A stretch of 64,000 bases of DNA from Planctomycetota bacterium. Lineage in GTDB: Bacteria > Planctomycetota > PLA2 > JAEUHO01. Made by a program: the position numbers and the translations under genes. The stretch is from NCBI GenBank assembly GCA_965223505.1, contig CBDCWP010000024.1:95094-159093 (forward strand), given 5' to 3'. Under the pieces are notes generated by a model. It did no database searches. It had not been told where the DNA came from and was given only the letters and a program-made list of their open reading frames with translations. Positions 1 through 9,191 of this stretch are shown here, piece after piece (position 1 is the stretch's first letter; each line of letters opens with the position of its first letter).

Positions 1-225
1 GCCCTCCTCGGTCAACCGGGACGCCAGACGCTTCTCGAGCAACGCGCGGTCGTCGTCATTGAGCGCCGTTGACGAGAGCGCGTTCCAGCGCAGGACGACC
101 TTGCTCTCGGTCTTGTTCACGTGCTGTCCGCCCGGGCCGCCGGAGCGCGCAAAGGACATGGAAACCTCCGACGCGGGGATCTGCACCCGCTGCGTGACGT
201 GGATGGTGGCGGGAAGACGCGGCAT
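1..225 (-). CDS. arfB: Alternative ribosome-rescue peptidyl-tRNA hydrolase ArfB/YaeJ (3' end outside window)
   Basis: Manual translation from ATG at 225: MPRLPATIHVTQRVQIPASEVSMSFARSGGPGGQHVNKTESKVVLRW...; contains the RSGGPGGQHVNKTESKV GGQ motif. Not in the ORF track. Confidence 0.92.
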   Translation of the reverse strand, partial: MPRLPATIHVTQRVQIPASEVSMSFARSGGPGGQHVNKTESKVVLRWNALSSTALNDDDRALLEKRLASRLTEEG

Positions 226-258
226 GAGCGAAGTGGGAAGTGTAGTGTGACGCCCGGC

Positions 259-999
259 ATGCAGGACCTCAACGACCCCCGCCGGCTCGCGGCGCGCCGC
301 AAGCTCATCCGCCGCGGCGTCCCCGTCCTGTTCGAGGACAACCATCTCCTGTGCATCTCGAAGCCGGCAGGGCTGCTCTCGCAAGGCGGGCCCCAAGGGG
401 AAGAGGCGCTCACCGACGTGCTCGACGGCTATCGCCGAGAGGCCGAGGACAAGCCGGGCAGGGCCTACATCGGCCTGGTGCACCGGCTCGATCGCAACGT
501 GTCGGGCGCGATGGTGGTCGCCAAGACGTCGAAGGCGGCGGCACGACTGTCGGCGATGTTCCGCGACCGGAGCGACGACCTGCGCAAGACGTACCTGGCG
601 TGGGTCGACCACACACCCCGTGACGACGGCGCGACGCTCGTCCATCGGCTGCGGCGCGAGCGCGGCGTGACGATGCTCGCCGCCGAGGGCGACCCGGACG
701 CCAGGGAGGCCCGCCTCGAGTACGTCGTCGAGGGTCGCAGCCACCGCGCGGGACGGTTGCGTGTGACGCTCCACACCGGCCTCCCCCACCAGATCCGGTG
801 CCAGCTCAGTCTCGTGGGTCATCCGATCGTCGGCGATCTCAAGTACCAGGGCTCCGGGGGCAAGCGGCCCGGTCTGCACGCGGTCGGATTGTCGTTCCTG
901 CATCCGGTCAAGAAGACCGTGGTCGAGCTGGCGGCGCCTGTGCCCGACGACCTGCGCAAGATGGACGCGCGCCTCGGGATCGATCCGCCCGTGGAATAG
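259..999 (+). CDS. RluA-family RNA pseudouridine synthase
   Basis: Motifs SKPAG, VHRLDRNVSG (catalytic Asp), TGLPHQIR, HPIVGDLKY. Start taken at MQDLND. Confidence 0.9.
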   Translation: MQDLNDPRRLAARRKLIRRGVPVLFEDNHLLCISKPAGLLSQGGPQGEEALTDVLDGYRREAEDKPGRAYIGLVHRLDRNVSGAMVVAKTSKAAARLSAMFRDRSDDLRKTYLAWVDHTPRDDGATLVHRLRRERGVTMLAAEGDPDAREARLEYVVEGRSHRAGRLRVTLHTGLPHQIRCQLSLVGHPIVGDLKYQGSGGKRPGLHAVGLSFLHPVKKTVVELAAPVPDDLRKMDARLGIDPPVE

Positions 1000-1031
1000 C
1001 GCCGGCGCCCGATCGTCATAGGGTGGTGTCC

Positions 1032-3104
1032 GTGACCTGGCTCAAGCGCATCGGCAAGATCGGCGGCGCCCTGCTCCTGCTGCCGTTGGTCGGCATCGGC
1101 GTGCACTACGCCGTGAAGCACTTCACGCACGCGGCGCCGCGCGGTCCGGCCTACGGCGGGATGACGGTCACCGAGTGGATCGGCGAGCTCGAGCGCCCCG
1201 TCGAGGAGAGTGGCGAGGGCTGGGGGCACGTCCGCGAGTACCTGGAGCAGCCGGATCGCAAGACGGCGAAGAAGGTGCTCGAGGTCATGGGACCCGCGGC
1301 CGTTCCGTACCTCGTCGAGGCGCTGGACGACGAGCGCACGAGCGTGCGCCGGAGCGCAGCGAGAACGCTCGCGAAGCTCGGCCCGGATGCGCACGCCGCG
1401 ATTCCCAAGCTCACCGAGCTCCTCCGAACCGACGAGCCGATTCGGGACCGTGTTGCCTACACGCTCAAGGATCTGGGCGAGCCGGGGATCGACGCACTGG
1501 TCGATGCCCTGGAGTTCGAGGCGTCGAGGGACTCCGCACTGAACGCGCTCTCGCTGGCGCCGATGATCCCCGATCGCGGCGTGGCGGTCATCCTCCGGCT
1601 ACCGGAAGAAGTCGAAGTTCCGTCCCCGGTTCTGTTCCGAGCGCTCACGTACGAGAGCGTCCCGCACGAACGTGCCGTCGCAGTTGCCGTGCGATGCCTG
1701 GAACGGAACGACCGGCGCAACGACGCGGCTGCCGTTCTCGCGAACCTGCACGCGGAGAAGATCGAGGTGCCGGTGGAACGGGTCGCGCAGGTTCTCGCGG
1801 AGGTCCTTCGTGAGCGCGACGACGGTCAGGCCGTCTTCGCACTGGGGCGGCTCGGAACGCACGCGGCGCCGGCGGTACCAGAGCTGGTCAAGCTCGTCGA
1901 CCATCAGGCCTGGCACATCTCGAGCTGGGCGCAGCAAGCCCTGCGAGGCGTCGGACCGGCCGTGGCGCCGTACGAGGCGGTGTTCCTCGAACGCGCGAGA
2001 AAGAGCGACGTGCGAGCTCGTGGGATGGCGCTCAGCGTGCTCGGAACCATGGGACCCGAAGCGGAGAACGCGCTCTACGCGCTCCTGGGCGCACTCGAAG
2101 ATCCCGTGCTCGACGTGCGCATGACCGCGTCCCAGGCCTTGGGAGGTCGACCGGATGCAGCCGACGTCGTCATCCCCGCCCTCGTGCGTGCCATCGAGCA
2201 GCCCGACCTCGGAGGCCATGCGGCGCGGGCGCTCGCCGAGCTGGGGAAGCGCGCACCCGCTGCGAGCGAAGAGCTGCAGCGAGTCCTCACGCGGCATCCT
2301 GAGGCCGAGGTGCGCCAACGCATCGTCGGCGCGATCATGGGACAAGAGCACACGTCGGTCTACGTCGCGGCCGTGCGAGACGCCGACGAGAAGATCCGGC
2401 GAATCGCGGCCTCACGGCTGAGCCGGCACCCGGACCCGCAGCTGATACCGCTGTACATCGAGCTTCTCGAGGACCCTGCGACTCGGTTCCAGGCGATGTC
2501 GACGCTCGGCGACCTGGGCGAACCGGCGCGAATCGCCGTCAATAGACTCGAAGCGATGCGAGATGACGTTGGAAACGAATCGAAGACGCGCGTTCGCGCA
2601 GCGGTCGCCGTGCTACGGGTCGATCCCGAGCGTGCGAACGCGGCGCAGGCCCTCGTGGCGTTCATCGACACGAACGACCCTACCGTGCGCGTCCTCGCCG
2701 TCCACGCGTGCTGGCGCCTCGATCTGCTTCCGGACGCGGTGGTCGCGGCACTTCGAAATGCGGCGAGAGGGGACTGGGGTTCGGAGTACGCGGTCATTCA
2801 GTTGATCGAATCCGGCGCGGCGAACGAACACGAGCTGCTCGCTTTCCTGGATCAGCTCGGCCGCCCGCGTGATCCAACGGGCAGTCAGATCGCCGTCGAT
2901 CAATGTCGTGACGATCTGGTTCAGCTCGCGCGACGCGGGTCGTTCGACCCGGTTCCCGTCCTCGAGCGAGAGCTTGCTCGGCTCGACCGGCCTCTCGACG
3001 TCTTGCTCGTCGCGCGGCGCGCCGTCACCGAGATTCGTTGGGAGCGGTTGTACGGCGAGGGATGGCGCGAACCGACGGAGCGTCCCCGTCGCGGGCGGCG
3101 CTGA
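1032..3104 (+). CDS. Membrane-anchored HEAT-repeat protein
   Basis: N-terminal hydrophobic helix, then repeated AVPxLxxAL.D....VR..AA..L..LG units. Start is uncertain (GTG at 1023 or 1032). Confidence 0.8.
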   Translation: MTWLKRIGKIGGALLLLPLVGIGVHYAVKHFTHAAPRGPAYGGMTVTEWIGELERPVEESGEGWGHVREYLEQPDRKTAKKVLEVMGPAAVPYLVEALDDERTSVRRSAARTLAKLGPDAHAAIPKLTELLRTDEPIRDRVAYTLKDLGEPGIDALVDALEFEASRDSALNALSLAPMIPDRGVAVILRLPEEVEVPSPVLFRALTYESVPHERAVAVAVRCLERNDRRNDAAAVLANLHAEKIEVPVERVAQVLAEVLRERDDGQAVFALGRLGTHAAPAVPELVKLVDHQAWHISSWAQQALRGVGPAVAPYEAVFLERARKSDVRARGMALSVLGTMGPEAENALYALLGALEDPVLDVRMTASQALGGRPDAADVVIPALVRAIEQPDLGGHAARALAELGKRAPAASEELQRVLTRHPEAEVRQRIVGAIMGQEHTSVYVAAVRDADEKIRRIAASRLSRHPDPQLIPLYIELLEDPATRFQAMSTLGDLGEPARIAVNRLEAMRDDVGNESKTRVRAAVAVLRVDPERANAAQALVAFIDTNDPTVRVLAVHACWRLDLLPDAVVAALRNAARGDWGSEYAVIQLIESGAANEHELLAFLDQLGRPRDPTGSQIAVDQCRDDLVQLARRGSFDPVPVLERELARLDRPLDVLLVARRAVTEIRWERLYGEGWREPTERPRRGRR

Positions 3105-3125
3105 CGCACGCCGACCCGCGCGCGG

Positions 3126-3950
3126 TCACAGATCGAAGCTGTCGCCTTCCCGGGCGACCCCGAAGCCGTCGGGAAGTGTCGTGCTCATGCCCGGGCGCAA
3201 CAGCAGATTCGTGTGGTTGATGTGGATGAAGCGCACGTCGCCCTTCGCGTTCGCCAGCTGCTTCACGCTCTCCTGCACGAACGGATGCTTGACCGTCAGG
3301 ATCTCGCGGTGCGGCAGCTCGTCGCGTCCGTAGAACGTCCCGTCCACGAGCGCCACGTCCGCTTCGCACACGCGCTCGATCAACGAGGGCGAGAACGTGT
3401 CCGTGTCCGGCATGTAGATCAGCGTTCGGTCGCGCCCGGTGAGCTCGAGCCCGATCGTGTCCGAGTCTTCGGCCCGATGCGGGGTGAGGAACACGTTGAT
3501 CGTCACACCGCCGAACTCAATCGGACTGCCGGGCGCCACCGTTTCGATCTCGATCTCGTTGCGGTCCACCAGATGCGACCAGGGTCGGTTCGACCGCAGA
3601 AACGCCGCCATGCTCGGCGTGCAACGGACCGGCACCCGATCGGCGCTGACGACCTCGCGCCCGAGCAGCGCCAGCCCGAGATAGTGCCCGATGTGCGCGT
3701 GCGTGAGAACGAGCTCGTCCACGCTGGGTGACGGCCGGCCGGCGGCCTTGGACAGTGCCGCCATCTGCTCGCCGAAGTCCGGCGTCGCGTCCACCATCAG
3801 GCACTCGCCTCGATCCCCGACCACGCCGATGCAGGCCACGCGCCGGCGCAGCGAGGGATCGTCACGGGCAGCGGCACACGACGCACAGCCGCAGCCGGCG
3901 TGCGGGAACCCCCCGTCTTGCGCAGTGCCGAGGACGTGAACGGTAGGCAC
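3126..3950 (-). CDS. PqqB-like metallo-beta-lactamase-fold hydrolase
   Basis: LGTAQDGGFPHAGCGCASC, THAHIGHYLG, DGTF, HINHTN motifs. Confidence 0.85.
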   Translation of the reverse strand: MPTVHVLGTAQDGGFPHAGCGCASCAAARDDPSLRRRVACIGVVGDRGECLMVDATPDFGEQMAALSKAAGRPSPSVDELVLTHAHIGHYLGLALLGREVVSADRVPVRCTPSMAAFLRSNRPWSHLVDRNEIEIETVAPGSPIEFGGVTINVFLTPHRAEDSDTIGLELTGRDRTLIYMPDTDTFSPSLIERVCEADVALVDGTFYGRDELPHREILTVKHPFVQESVKQLANAKGDVRFIHINHTNLLLRPGMSTTLPDGFGVAREGDSFDL

Positions 3951-4013
3951 GCGGCGATCTTAGAACGCGTCCATCCCTTCTCGACGGGGCAAACCGAGGT
4001 CGTTAGCGAATCT

Positions 4014-4994
4014 TCATTGTTCGGGGCACGGGCCTCCCGCGACCCCGTCGGACTCGAGATAGGGGTACGGGTCGGCGTGGACGTGCACCTCGGCGCCTTC
4101 GACCGCGCCGGCCACCGCCGCACGCACCTCCTCGGACAATCGATGCGCCTTGACGAAGGACAGGTCGCGGTCGAACGACACGTGCAGCTCGACGAAGCAG
4201 GTCGGCCCGGAGCGCCGGGTACGGAAGCGGTGCACCTCCTTGGCGTCGGGGACCTGCTCTCGAATCGCTGCGAGGATGCGTTGCTGCTCTTCGTCCGGAA
4301 GACCGGTGTCCATCAGCTCCGCGACCGCGTGCCGCATCACCTTGAGCGCCGCGTGCAAGACGATCAGCGAGACGAAGCACGCGACCGCGCCGTCGATCCA
4401 CGTCCATTCGGTCAGCTGGATCACGACGAGCGCGACCAACACACCGAGGTTCATCCAAACGTCGCTGGTGTAGTGCGCGGCGTCGGCCTTCAAGGCGACC
4501 GATTGCGTCTTCTTCGCGGTGCGCGTGAGCAGCCAGCCGATCCAGGCGCTGCCCACGAGCGAGAGCACCATGACGCCGATGCCGACCTCGGTGAACGCGA
4601 TCGGCGCCTCCTGGGTGATGAGCCGGCGGGTGCCCTCGAACAGCAGGAACAGGCCCGTGAATCCGACGACAATGCCCTGGACGAGACCCGCCAGACCTTC
4701 GGCCTTTCCGTGCCCGTAGCGATGCTCTTCGTCGGCCGGCCGGCCGGCGAAGCGAACGGCGAACATGTTCACCGTCGACGCGATGAGGTCCATGAACGAG
4801 TCCATGAGCGCCGCCGCGATGCTCAGCGAGCCGGTCATCACGACGGCGCCGAGCTTCGAGAGGCCCAGCACCGCCGCGGTGAGGACGCTGAGCCGCGCGA
4901 CGCGCAGGTTCAGTCCCGCGTGCACGTTGACGAGCTCCGGATCCGCGCCCAGTCCCGGCGCCGGCCCGCTGTGGTGGTGGTGATGGAGGCCCAT
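4014..4994 (-). CDS. Cation diffusion facilitator (FieF-like)
   Basis: DSFMD and HYTSD metal-site motifs, PADEEHRYGHGKAE, C-terminal dimerisation domain. His-rich N-terminus MGLHHHHH. Confidence 0.9.
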   Translation of the reverse strand: MGLHHHHHSGPAPGLGADPELVNVHAGLNLRVARLSVLTAAVLGLSKLGAVVMTGSLSIAAALMDSFMDLIASTVNMFAVRFAGRPADEEHRYGHGKAEGLAGLVQGIVVGFTGLFLLFEGTRRLITQEAPIAFTEVGIGVMVLSLVGSAWIGWLLTRTAKKTQSVALKADAAHYTSDVWMNLGVLVALVVIQLTEWTWIDGAVACFVSLIVLHAALKVMRHAVAELMDTGLPDEEQQRILAAIREQVPDAKEVHRFRTRRSGPTCFVELHVSFDRDLSFVKAHRLSEEVRAAVAGAVEGAEVHVHADPYPYLESDGVAGGPCPEQ

Positions 4995-5005
4995 CGGGCC
5001 CCATC

Positions 5006-5827
5006 TTAGTCGTGCGAGTGACTGTGACCGGCGCCGCCGCCGCAGTGGGAGCAGTGCGAGTGGGCGATGTCGAGCTCGTGCACCAGCCAGATGAGACCGA
5101 TGCCGGCCGCCAACGCGAGACCGCTCAGCATCAGCGCCATGCCCTTGGCGCCCCGGCGAAGCGCCGGCACCAGATCCGAGCAGGCGATGTAGATGAATCC
5201 ACCGGCCGCCACGGGAACGAGAACGTGCTCCACGCCGAGCTCGTCCGGGACGAGCAACACGAGCATCGCGCCGGCAACCGCGGTCAGTCCGGACAAGAGG
5301 TTGAAGAACGCCGCCTTCTTCACGGAGAAACCGGCGTGAAGCAGCACGCCGAAGTCGCCGAACTCCTGCGGGATCTCGTGCAGCAAGACGGCGATCGTGG
5401 TGGCGACGCCGGTCTCCGGGCTCACGCGCCACGCGGCGGCGATCAGGATGCCGTCGATGAAGTTGTGCAAGCCGTCGCCGATGAGGTTCATCCAGCCGTA
5501 GCTGTGAACGCCCTCAGGACCGTGGTCGTGCACGTCTTCGCCGTGGTGGTGCCAGTGCAGCAGGTTCTCGATGAGGAAGAAACCCACCAAGCCGCCCAGC
5601 ACCGACCACGTGATCGTCTGGGAAAACTGGCCGCCGTTCTGCGCGACGGCCTGCGGCAGAAGATGCAGGAACGTGTCGCCGAGCAACGCCCCGGCGGCGA
5701 CGGCGACCAGGATCGGCAGCCCGGCCTTGATGCGCTTGCTCTTCAGAAAGAGCAGCACCGCGCCGATCAGGGAGACCAGTGAGATCCCGACGACGGACAG
5801 CAGAACGTGGAGGGTTTCGGGGGGCAT
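5006..5827 (-). CDS. ZIP-family metal transporter
   Basis: GDGLHNFIDG and LHEIPQEFGDF signatures, His-rich loop and tail. Confidence 0.93.
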   Translation of the reverse strand: MPPETLHVLLSVVGISLVSLIGAVLLFLKSKRIKAGLPILVAVAAGALLGDTFLHLLPQAVAQNGGQFSQTITWSVLGGLVGFFLIENLLHWHHHGEDVHDHGPEGVHSYGWMNLIGDGLHNFIDGILIAAAWRVSPETGVATTIAVLLHEIPQEFGDFGVLLHAGFSVKKAAFFNLLSGLTAVAGAMLVLLVPDELGVEHVLVPVAAGGFIYIACSDLVPALRRGAKGMALMLSGLALAAGIGLIWLVHELDIAHSHCSHCGGGAGHSHSHD

Positions 5828-5862
5828 GGGGCGTCAGGTTGTAGCCCGGATCCAACGAGCCA

Positions 5863-8800
5863 CTAGAGATTGCGCCGGTACTTGCCGCCCACTTCGTACA
5901 GGGCGTTCGTGATCTGGCCCAGCGAAGCGCAGCGAACGGTTGACATCAGCTCGGCGAACACGTTGCCGCCCGTACGGGCGACCTGCTTGAGGCGCTCCAG
6001 CGCCTCGTCGGTGCGGCCGGCGTGCACCTCCTGGAAGGTGCGCAGATTGTCGAGCTGCGTGCGCTTCTCCTCGGTGGAGGCGCGCGTCAGCTCGGCGACG
6101 TGGGGCGTGAGATCGTCCCGGCTCTCGGGCAGGAACGTGTTGACGCCGACGATGGGCAGCTCGCCGCTGTGCTTGAGCATCTCGTAGTGAAGGCTCTGCT
6201 CCTGGATCTGACCGCGCTGGTACTGGGTCTCCATCGCGCCCAGGACGCCGCCGCGATCGTTGATGCGCTTGAATTCCTCGAGCACCGCCTCCTCGACGAG
6301 ATCGGTGAGGTGCGCGACGAAGTACGAGCCCTGCAGCGGATTCTCGTTCTTCAGCCAGCCGAGCTCCTTGGTGTTGATCAGCTGGATCGCCATCGCGCGC
6401 CGCACGCTCTCTTCGGTCGGCGTGGTGATCGCCTCGTCGTAGGCGTTCGTGTGCAGCGAGTTGCAGTTGTCCTGGAGCGCCAGAAGCGCCTGCAGCGTCG
6501 TGCGGATGTCGTTGAACTGGATCTCCTGCGCGTGCAGCGACCGCCCGCTGGTCTGTACGTGGTACTTGAGCTTCTGGCTGCGCGCGTTCGCGTGATAGCG
6601 CTCGCGCATCGTGACGGCCCAGATGCGTCGGGCAACGCGGCCGATGACCGTGTATTCGGGGTCCAGGCCGTTGCTGAAGAAGAAGGAGAGGTTCGGCGCG
6701 AAGTCGTCGATGCTCATGCCGCGCGCCAGGTAGTACTCGACCAGCGTGAATCCGTTGGCCAGCGTGAAGGCGAGCTGCGAGATCGGGTTCGCGCCCGCTT
6801 CCGCGATGTGATACCCGCTGATCGAGACGCTGTAGTAGTTGCGGACCTCGTTCTCGATGAAGTAGGCCTGGATGTCGCCCATCATCCGCAGCGCGAAGCT
6901 CGTGTTGAAGATGCACGTGTTCTGCGCCTGGTCTTCCTTGAGGATGTCGGCCTGCACCGTGCCGCGCACGCGTCGAAGCGTCTCGTCCGCGATGGCGCTG
7001 CGCTCGCCCTCGTCCGGCTCGCGGCCCTGGTCCATGCGGAAGCGGTCCACCTGTTGGTCGATGGCCGCGTTCAGGAACATCGCCAGGATGATCGGCGCGG
7101 GGCCGTTGATGGTCATCGAAACCGACGTGTTGGGGTCGCAGAGGTCGAAGCCGCGGTAGAGGATTCGCATGTCCTCGAGCGTGCAGATCGAGACGCCGCT
7201 CTCCCCCACCTTCCCGTAGATGTCGGGCCGAAGATCCGGGTCCTCGCCGTACAGCGTGACGGAGTCGAACGCGGTGGAGAGGCGCTTGGCCGTGTCGTTA
7301 CGGCTCAGGTAGTGAAAGCGCCGATTGGTGCGCGCCGGCGTGCCCTCGCCCGCGAACTGACGCTTGGGATCCTCGTCGACGCGCTTGAAGGGAAAGACGC
7401 CGCCGGTATACGGGAAGTGGCCCGGCACGTTCTCGAGCAGGAGGAAGCGCAAGACGGCGCCGGCCTCGTCGGTCGTCGGCAGGGCGACCTTCGGGATCCG
7501 CATCCCGGACAGGGACGCCGTGCCGCCGGGCGTGTCGTGCGATCGGCCGCGAACGGTGTAGGTGATGGTGTCCGACGCGTACTGCGCCTTCAGCGCGGGC
7601 CAGGCCGACAACAGCTCCTGGGCCGCCGCATCGACACGCTTGCGTGCTCGCTCCAGCGCGGTTTCCACGCCTGCGCGAGCGTCGTCGTCGACGAGCTCGA
7701 GCGCCCCTTCCAGGTGCGCCACGTCGCGCGCGGCCGCGACCTGCGACTCGGCCCACGCTCGGTAGTCGCGTACCGTCCGCACGATCTCGGCCATGTAGCT
7801 CACACGCTCGGAGGGAATGATGCCCGTCGGGGCGTGGCCGTTGCGCTCGGCGGCGGACGGCGGCAGTCGCAGCGAGGTGGTGCGGCGGTTCAGCGTTCCG
7901 CAACGGGTAGCGATGGCGCGGAAGAGGTCGTCGACGCCGGTGTCGCAAAACCGGCTCGCGACCGTTCCAAAGACGCCCAGATCCTCTTCGGACACCTCGA
8001 ACGCCTTGCGATTGCGACGAACCTGCTTGCGGACGTCTCGTACCGCGTCCTCGCCGCCGCGCCGCTCGAACTTGTTGACCGCGATGAGATCGGCGTAGTC
8101 GAGCATGCCGATCTTCTCGAGCTGTGACGCAGCGCCGTACTCGGGCGTCATGACGTAGAGCGAGAGATCCGAGAATTCGGTGATTTCGGTGTCGCCCTGC
8201 CCGATGCCGGACGTCTCGACGATGATCCAGTCGAACCCGGCGAGCTGGCAGAAGCGGATCGCATCGGACGTCGCGTTCGACAGCTCTCCACCGGCGCCGC
8301 GCGTCGCGAAGCTGCGCATGTACGCGCGCGGGTGCGGCAGCGAGTTCATGCGAATGCGATCCCCGAGGAGACCCCCTCCGGTCTTGCGCCGCGAAGGATC
8401 GACACTGAGCACGGCGACAGTCGCGTCGTCCGAGCCCTCGAGAAACCGCAGGACGAGCTCGTCGACGAGCGACGACTTGCCGGCGCCGCCGGTGCCGGTT
8501 ACGCCGATGATGGGCGCGCGCTCGTTCTCGGGAATCGCGTCGGCCTTCGCTACGAGCTTGCCGAGCGCGGTCTCGGCGAAGCCCTCGCGCTCGGTGGCGG
8601 TGAGGCACTGCGCGAGCAAGCGATGGTTCATGGGCGTCAGCTTGGGCAGGGAGCCGTTCGAGCCGACGTCGTTCGGCGGCGAGAAGTCGGCCGCCTCGAG
8701 CATCAGGTCGATCATGCCCTGCAGGCCGAGTTTGCGTCCGTCCTCCGGCGTGAAGATGCGGTCCACGCCGTACTCGTGCAACGCCGCCACCTCTTCGGGC

Positions 8801-9114
8801 ACGATCACGCCGCCGCCGCCGCCGAAGACACGTACGTGCTCCGCGCCGCGCTCCTTGAGGAGATCCCGGACATAGCGGAAGTACTCGTTGTGACCGCCTT
8901 GATAGGAGGAGATCGCGATGCCCTGCGCGTCCTCCTGAACGGCCGCGTCCACGATCTCGAGCACGGAGCGGTTGTGGCCGAGATGGATCACCTCGGCGCC
9001 CGAATCCTGGAGGATCCGGCGGATGATGTTGATCGCCGCGTCATGCCCGTCGAACAGCGACGCGGCAGTCACGAAGCGGACCGGGTTCCGGCACTGGTAG
9101 ACCGTCTCGCTCAT
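5863..9114 (-). CDS. icmF: Fused isobutyryl-CoA mutase / MeaB GTPase IcmF
   Basis: B12-binding FDGHDAAIN domain, GTGGAGKSS GTPase domain, mutase barrel (RQFAGEG, RGTVQADILKEDQAQ); 1083 aa. Confidence 0.95.
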   Translation of the reverse strand: MSETVYQCRNPVRFVTAASLFDGHDAAINIIRRILQDSGAEVIHLGHNRSVLEIVDAAVQEDAQGIAISSYQGGHNEYFRYVRDLLKERGAEHVRVFGGGGGVIVPEEVAALHEYGVDRIFTPEDGRKLGLQGMIDLMLEAADFSPPNDVGSNGSLPKLTPMNHRLLAQCLTATEREGFAETALGKLVAKADAIPENERAPIIGVTGTGGAGKSSLVDELVLRFLEGSDDATVAVLSVDPSRRKTGGGLLGDRIRMNSLPHPRAYMRSFATRGAGGELSNATSDAIRFCQLAGFDWIIVETSGIGQGDTEITEFSDLSLYVMTPEYGAASQLEKIGMLDYADLIAVNKFERRGGEDAVRDVRKQVRRNRKAFEVSEEDLGVFGTVASRFCDTGVDDLFRAIATRCGTLNRRTTSLRLPPSAAERNGHAPTGIIPSERVSYMAEIVRTVRDYRAWAESQVAAARDVAHLEGALELVDDDARAGVETALERARKRVDAAAQELLSAWPALKAQYASDTITYTVRGRSHDTPGGTASLSGMRIPKVALPTTDEAGAVLRFLLLENVPGHFPYTGGVFPFKRVDEDPKRQFAGEGTPARTNRRFHYLSRNDTAKRLSTAFDSVTLYGEDPDLRPDIYGKVGESGVSICTLEDMRILYRGFDLCDPNTSVSMTINGPAPIILAMFLNAAIDQQVDRFRMDQGREPDEGERSAIADETLRRVRGTVQADILKEDQAQNTCIFNTSFALRMMGDIQAYFIENEVRNYYSVSISGYHIAEAGANPISQLAFTLANGFTLVEYYLARGMSIDDFAPNLSFFFSNGLDPEYTVIGRVARRIWAVTMRERYHANARSQKLKYHVQTSGRSLHAQEIQFNDIRTTLQALLALQDNCNSLHTNAYDEAITTPTEESVRRAMAIQLINTKELGWLKNENPLQGSYFVAHLTDLVEEAVLEEFKRINDRGGVLGAMETQYQRGQIQEQSLHYEMLKHSGELPIVGVNTFLPESRDDLTPHVAELTRASTEEKRTQLDNLRTFQEVHAGRTDEALERLKQVARTGGNVFAELMSTVRCASLGQITNALYEVGGKYRRNL

Positions 9115-9191
9115 CGCAAGCAGTCAACGTACCCGCGTCGGATCAGCCGCTCAACCGGGGGCGGGGCGCCCGCCCTTTCAAAACCCGACGC

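Noticed and set aside
4994..5008. ZIP-CDF stop-codon readthrough fusion
   Set aside because: The 11-nt gap puts the genes in different frames, and no slippery site is evident.
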